The notes under the pieces: model-generated | What the model was told of the DNA's origin: nothing | The model's database searches: none | What the model saw: only the letters and a program-made list of their open reading frames with translations | Part shown: piece by piece, positions 60,390 through 64,000 of the stretch | How the letters are laid out: each line of letters opens with the position of its first letter | Position numbering within the stretch: the stretch's first letter is position 1 | Origin: Trueperaceae bacterium | Lineage (GTDB): Bacteria; Deinococcota; Deinococci; Deinococcales; Trueperaceae | Reading direction: 5' to 3' | Length of the DNA stretch: 64,000 bases | Assembly: GCA_965213705.1 (NCBI GenBank) | Contig: OZ243913.1 | Location: forward strand, 1,792,001 to 1,856,000 | Made by a program: the position numbers and the translations under genes

Positions 60390-61206
60390 GCTGAGCGTCA
60401 TCACCGTGACCTTCGGGCGTTTAGGCTTGCTGCTGCGCAAGTTGGGGACCCTGAAAGCTCAAACTCTCGGGTCCAGCCAGTTCGAACTCGTGCTGTGCGT
60501 CAACGGCGACGCGGAAACTCTGGCGGCTCTCGAGAATATCGAGTTACCCTTTCATCTCACCGTCGTTCCTTTTGCTGAGACGACCGGCTCGGCGCGGGCG
60601 CGCAACGTGTGCGCCGAACGGGCGCGAGCCGACCTGCTGTACTTTTCGGACGACGACGCCCTGCTGCGGCCGGACACGCTTAAAAAGCATCTTGAGTTTC
60701 AGAAAACACACGCCTCGAGCGTCGCAGTCGGTGGGGTGAACTGGGAACATAACGGCGAGGTAGAAAACATGCGGCCCCGCCGCGTCAACTATTGGAACCT
60801 GCACGGCATCAACACGAGCTTGCCACGGTCGGCGTTCGAGGCGGTCGGCGGCTTTCCCGAATGGGTGACGAGTTATGGGCTCGAGGACGTGCTGTTGGGC
60901 TACGAACTCGTCAAAAGGGGTTACCAGCTCGTCGCCTTGAACGAGGCGAGCGTGCGGCACGTCGGCGCAAACCCGATGCGCGGGTTGCAGCCTGAGAAAG
61001 CTTACAGCGCCGGCCGTAACGCGGTGCAAATCGTGAGGCGTTATCCTGAGCTGGCTTACCGTTTGGGCGTCCACCCGCTCTCGCTCGGCCTCAAACGCTT
61101 AGCGCTGACGCCGCCCCTGAGCTTGCTGTGGCAAGCCGTCGACAAAAGCTCTTTTCGCTACGAACGCGCCTACCTAAAGGGCGTGCTGGAGGAACATCAT
61201 GGCTGA
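60382..61206 (+). CDS. Glycosyltransferase family 2
   Basis: LSVITVT, ARARN, FSDDD, VGGF.E..YGLED. Confidence 0.85.
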   Translation: MTELSVITVTFGRLGLLLRKLGTLKAQTLGSSQFELVLCVNGDAETLAALENIELPFHLTVVPFAETTGSARARNVCAERARADLLYFSDDDALLRPDTLKKHLEFQKTHASSVAVGGVNWEHNGEVENMRPRRVNYWNLHGINTSLPRSAFEAVGGFPEWVTSYGLEDVLLGYELVKRGYQLVALNEASVRHVGANPMRGLQPEKAYSAGRNAVQIVRRYPELAYRLGVHPLSLGLKRLALTPPLSLLWQAVDKSSFRYERAYLKGVLEEHHG

Positions 61207-62239
61207 GGTTCAAACATCCGACGTGTCCATCGCGCCGCTGCTCAACGACATTTTCGGCGGCAAAACGCTCGACCGAGAACAGGCTCGAGAAGTTATCGGC
61301 CACCTCATGGACGGCCGTTTGAGCCAGATGCAGGCGGCGGCGCTGCTGGCCGCGCTGCGGATGCGCGGCGAGACGGTCGAGGAGATTACCGGCTTCGCCG
61401 AGGCGATGCGGGCGCGGGCGGTCACGGTGCCGGTCAGGCGGAACGGCCCGCTCCTCGACATTGTCGGGACGGGCGGCACCGGGCTGAACACCTTTAACAT
61501 CAGCACGGCGACGCTGTTTGTGGTGGCGGCGGGCGGCGCGCGCATCGCCAAGCACGGCAACCGCGGGGTGACGCGCAAGTCGGGCTCGGCCGACGTGTTG
61601 GAAGCGCTCGGCGTGAACTTAGACCAAACGCCGGAACAGCTCGCCGCGAGCATCGAAGAGGTCGGGCTGGCGTTTTTGTACGCGCGCACGCACCACCCGG
61701 CCATGAAGTTCGTCGCGCCGATTCGCGCCGACATCCAGGCGCGGACCATCTTCAACTCCATCGGCCCCTTGACCAACCCCGCCTCGGCCGACCGGCAACT
61801 AATGGGTGTGTTCGACCCGCACCTGACCGAGACACTGGCGCAGGTGTTGGGCGGTTTGGGCGTCGAGCGGGCGCTCGTGGTTCACGGGGCGGGTTTGGAC
61901 GAGCTGACGGTCTGCGGTGAAAACAAGGTGACCGAACTGCGTGACGGCGGTGTCACGACGTTCGAGCTGACGCCCGAAGAGGTCGGGTTGGGCCGTTTTG
62001 ACATCAAAGACGTGATGGGCGGCACGCCCGAGGAAAATGCGCGAACCATCCGGCACCTGCTGGCGGGCGAAGTGCGAGGTGCCAAGCGTGACATCGTCTT
62101 ACTTAATGCCGGCGCAGCCCTTTACCTCGTCGACAAAGCTGAGAGTGTCGCCGAGGGCGTCAAGGTAGCGGAGGAGCTTATCGACAGCGGCAAAGCGTCG
62201 GCTAAGCTCGAGCAGTACGTGGCTTTCAGCCGGAGGTAA
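61199..62239 (+). CDS. trpD: Anthranilate phosphoribosyltransferase
   Basis: DIVGTGG, FNIST, KHGNR, GSADVLEALG, GPLTNP, GLDE. Confidence 0.95.
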   Translation: MAEVQTSDVSIAPLLNDIFGGKTLDREQAREVIGHLMDGRLSQMQAAALLAALRMRGETVEEITGFAEAMRARAVTVPVRRNGPLLDIVGTGGTGLNTFNISTATLFVVAAGGARIAKHGNRGVTRKSGSADVLEALGVNLDQTPEQLAASIEEVGLAFLYARTHHPAMKFVAPIRADIQARTIFNSIGPLTNPASADRQLMGVFDPHLTETLAQVLGGLGVERALVVHGAGLDELTVCGENKVTELRDGGVTTFELTPEEVGLGRFDIKDVMGGTPEENARTIRHLLAGEVRGAKRDIVLLNAGAALYLVDKAESVAEGVKVAEELIDSGKASAKLEQYVAFSRR

Positions 62240-62292
62240 GTTTGTAGGAATTTTTCTACTGGCTACAAGCTACCGGCGTCTGCCGACAAAAG

Positions 62293-62325
62293 AAAAGCCC
62301 TCGAGCTTGGCTCGAGGGCTTTTTT
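62293..62325. terminator. Bidirectional intrinsic terminator
   Basis: AAAAGCCCTCGAGC-TTG-GCTCGAGGGCTTTTTT between convergent genes. Confidence 0.8.
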
Positions 62326-62339
62326 GCAGGGCGTGCCGC

Positions 62340-63476
62340 TTAGAAGCGGAAGACCACGCCGCCGCCGACGGTCGGGTAAATCTGGTCGTACCTGTCCGAG
62401 GTAGGCGCGTCGAAGTAATAGTCGACCCCGCCTTCGACGAACAACCCGATGTCCCCGAACAGCGCGTACTCGGCACCAAGGATGCCGCCTGCGAACAGGC
62501 CTTCGTTGGCACCCGAGTTCATGATGTCGAGTTGGTAACCCGCACCCGCGCCGATATAGGCCGCCAAACGACCGAAGTCGAGGGTGTAGGTCAGTTGGCC
62601 GGACACGGCAACTGTGCCTTCGGTAATCGGGCTCTGGCGACCGTAGTCACCCGTGACCCGTAAACCGATAGGACCGATGATGCCGTCGTAACCGATAGCC
62701 AAACGAACCGGGAAGCGGTCGTCAAGTTCGCTCAGCGCACCCAAGCGCACCGAGAAGGGGCTGCGGGCGTAGGGCGTACCGACTGGTTGCGGCGGCTCTA
62801 CAACAATCGGTTGCGGAGCGGCGGGCTCGACAACGACCGGTTGGGCCGGAGCCGGTGCCATCGTTTCGCCGGGCGTACCGTCGGCACCGGCCGGGCCTTG
62901 TGGACCGACGGGGCCTTGCGGGCCGGCGGGGCCTTCAGGACCTTGCGGGCCGGCGGGACCCTCGGGACCTTGCGGACCCTCGGGGCCTTGCGGGCCTTGC
63001 ATTCCGCCCGCGTCCATTTGAGCGCGCATGGACTCGAGTTCAGCCGTCAGTGAAGCCACTTGCTCGCGCAGGGCCTCCAACTCGCTACGGTCGGCCTTGT
63101 TGTTGATGGCCTGCCGCAGGTCTTCGACGTTGACGTTCAAGCTGTCGAATTCGCTTTGCAGCTCGGCGACGGCGTTGAACATGGGCTCCAAGCTGCCGAA
63201 AACGGCGGCCAGTCGACCCTCGAACAAGTTGACCATACGCGCGATGATGACCGCTTCTTCGTAGCGGGTCAGGTTCTGGCTGCCGCGGTAGGTTCCGTCG
63301 GGAAACCCGACGATGATTCCCGAAGCGACCGCTAGGTCGATAGCGTCACTTGCCCAGTGGCCCTCGGGCACGTCTGGGAACTCTGCAGGTGCGGATTGGA
63401 TGGCTCCAATCGGTTGTTGCGCCAACACTCCCGTAAAGGTGAGAGCTGCAAGCAACATGACAAAAAAACGCTTCAT
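62340..63476 (-). CDS. SLH domain + coiled coil + collagen-like repeat + C-terminal outer-membrane beta-barrel protein
   Basis: Signal peptide; [28 protein letters not shown]; 16 Gly-X-Y; amphipathic strands ending VVFRF. Confidence 0.8.
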   Translation of the reverse strand: MKRFFVMLLAALTFTGVLAQQPIGAIQSAPAEFPDVPEGHWASDAIDLAVASGIIVGFPDGTYRGSQNLTRYEEAVIIARMVNLFEGRLAAVFGSLEPMFNAVAELQSEFDSLNVNVEDLRQAINNKADRSELEALREQVASLTAELESMRAQMDAGGMQGPQGPEGPQGPEGPAGPQGPEGPAGPQGPVGPQGPAGADGTPGETMAPAPAQPVVVEPAAPQPIVVEPPQPVGTPYARSPFSVRLGALSELDDRFPVRLAIGYDGIIGPIGLRVTGDYGRQSPITEGTVAVSGQLTYTLDFGRLAAYIGAGAGYQLDIMNSGANEGLFAGGILGAEYALFGDIGLFVEGGVDYYFDAPTSDRYDQIYPTVGGGVVFRF

Positions 63477-63674
63477 TCGACTCCTCTCATGAGTTGAACA
63501 CGTCCAGGCCTGAATAGCCTGGCGTTTGTAAGTTGAAGACCCCCTCTTCCTCAAGAGGCCTCTGGCCTTCACGTCCCCAAGCCTATGGGAGTTCTTTCTG
63601 TGAAAAATTAGGAAAGCTCACATTCAATGCCTCTTAAACAACAATGTGAAAAATTTTGCTTTTATGAGAGCCGG

Positions 63675-63992
63675 CTAAGTCTGGTTCAGAACAACGAAGA
63701 CGGAGTCGCCCTCGAGCTGAACCTGAAACAGCCGAATCTTCTTGATAGCCGGCAGGGTCGCCTGACCCGTTGTTAGGTCGAAGGTCGCGCCGTGATAAGT
63801 GCACTTGAGCTTGCCGTCCAACAGCTCCCCGTCGTGGAGGGGATACTTAGCGTGGGTACAGCGGTCGGGCAGGGCGTAGAACACGCCGTCCTGTTTGACG
63901 AGCACAATTTCGTGCTCGCCCACCTTCAGGGGCGTGACGCTGTCGTCGGCAAACTGGTCGATGTTGCCGACCTCGAAACGTTCTGTGGACAT
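63675..63992 (-). CDS. Rieske-type [2Fe-2S] ferredoxin
   Basis: CTH ... CTYHGATFD; GGAGG RBS. Confidence 0.88.
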   Translation of the reverse strand: MSTERFEVGNIDQFADDSVTPLKVGEHEIVLVKQDGVFYALPDRCTHAKYPLHDGELLDGKLKCTYHGATFDLTTGQATLPAIKKIRLFQVQLEGDSVFVVLNQT

Positions 63993-64000
63993 AAACCTCC

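Overview
GC-rich bacterial chromosome segment, most likely Deinococcota (Truepera-like). This is inferred from the SlpA-type SLH protein, the maf-mreC and holA/recX/meaB/coaD context, and many apparently leaderless genes (TAnnnT 5-7 nt before the start codon). About 60 CDS were called. Housekeeping genes: ftsK 3' part, holA, recX, coaD, acpS, rpiA, bcp, maf, mreC, trpE/G/D. Accessory content: three PIN-type toxin-antitoxin pairs, a LacI/ABC/GH32 fructoside cluster, a sugar ABC + divergent Pfk + tagatose-bisphosphate aldolase cluster, an ars operon, a ~2200-aa multidomain surface lipoprotein, and an uncharacterised catabolic cluster (aldolase, hydrolase, DUF1537 kinase, cupin / double SnoaL, sarcosine-oxidase-like). 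No rRNA, tRNA, CRISPR array, integrase or transposase was recognised. Best leads: (1) a candidate ~175-nt nested structured RNA in the leader of a GNAT/amine-oxidase operon; (2) the orphan catabolic cluster; (3) a recoded duplicate of the ftsK 3' end bracketing a TA module; (4) an SLH-coiled coil-collagen-beta-barrel envelope tether; (5) a heptamer-flanked four-helix-bundle gene inside the trp operon, plus a leaderless Trp leader peptide; (6) window-wide CTCGAG excess with near-absence of GATC. All calls are from reading motifs by eye; no database searches or folding programs were run.
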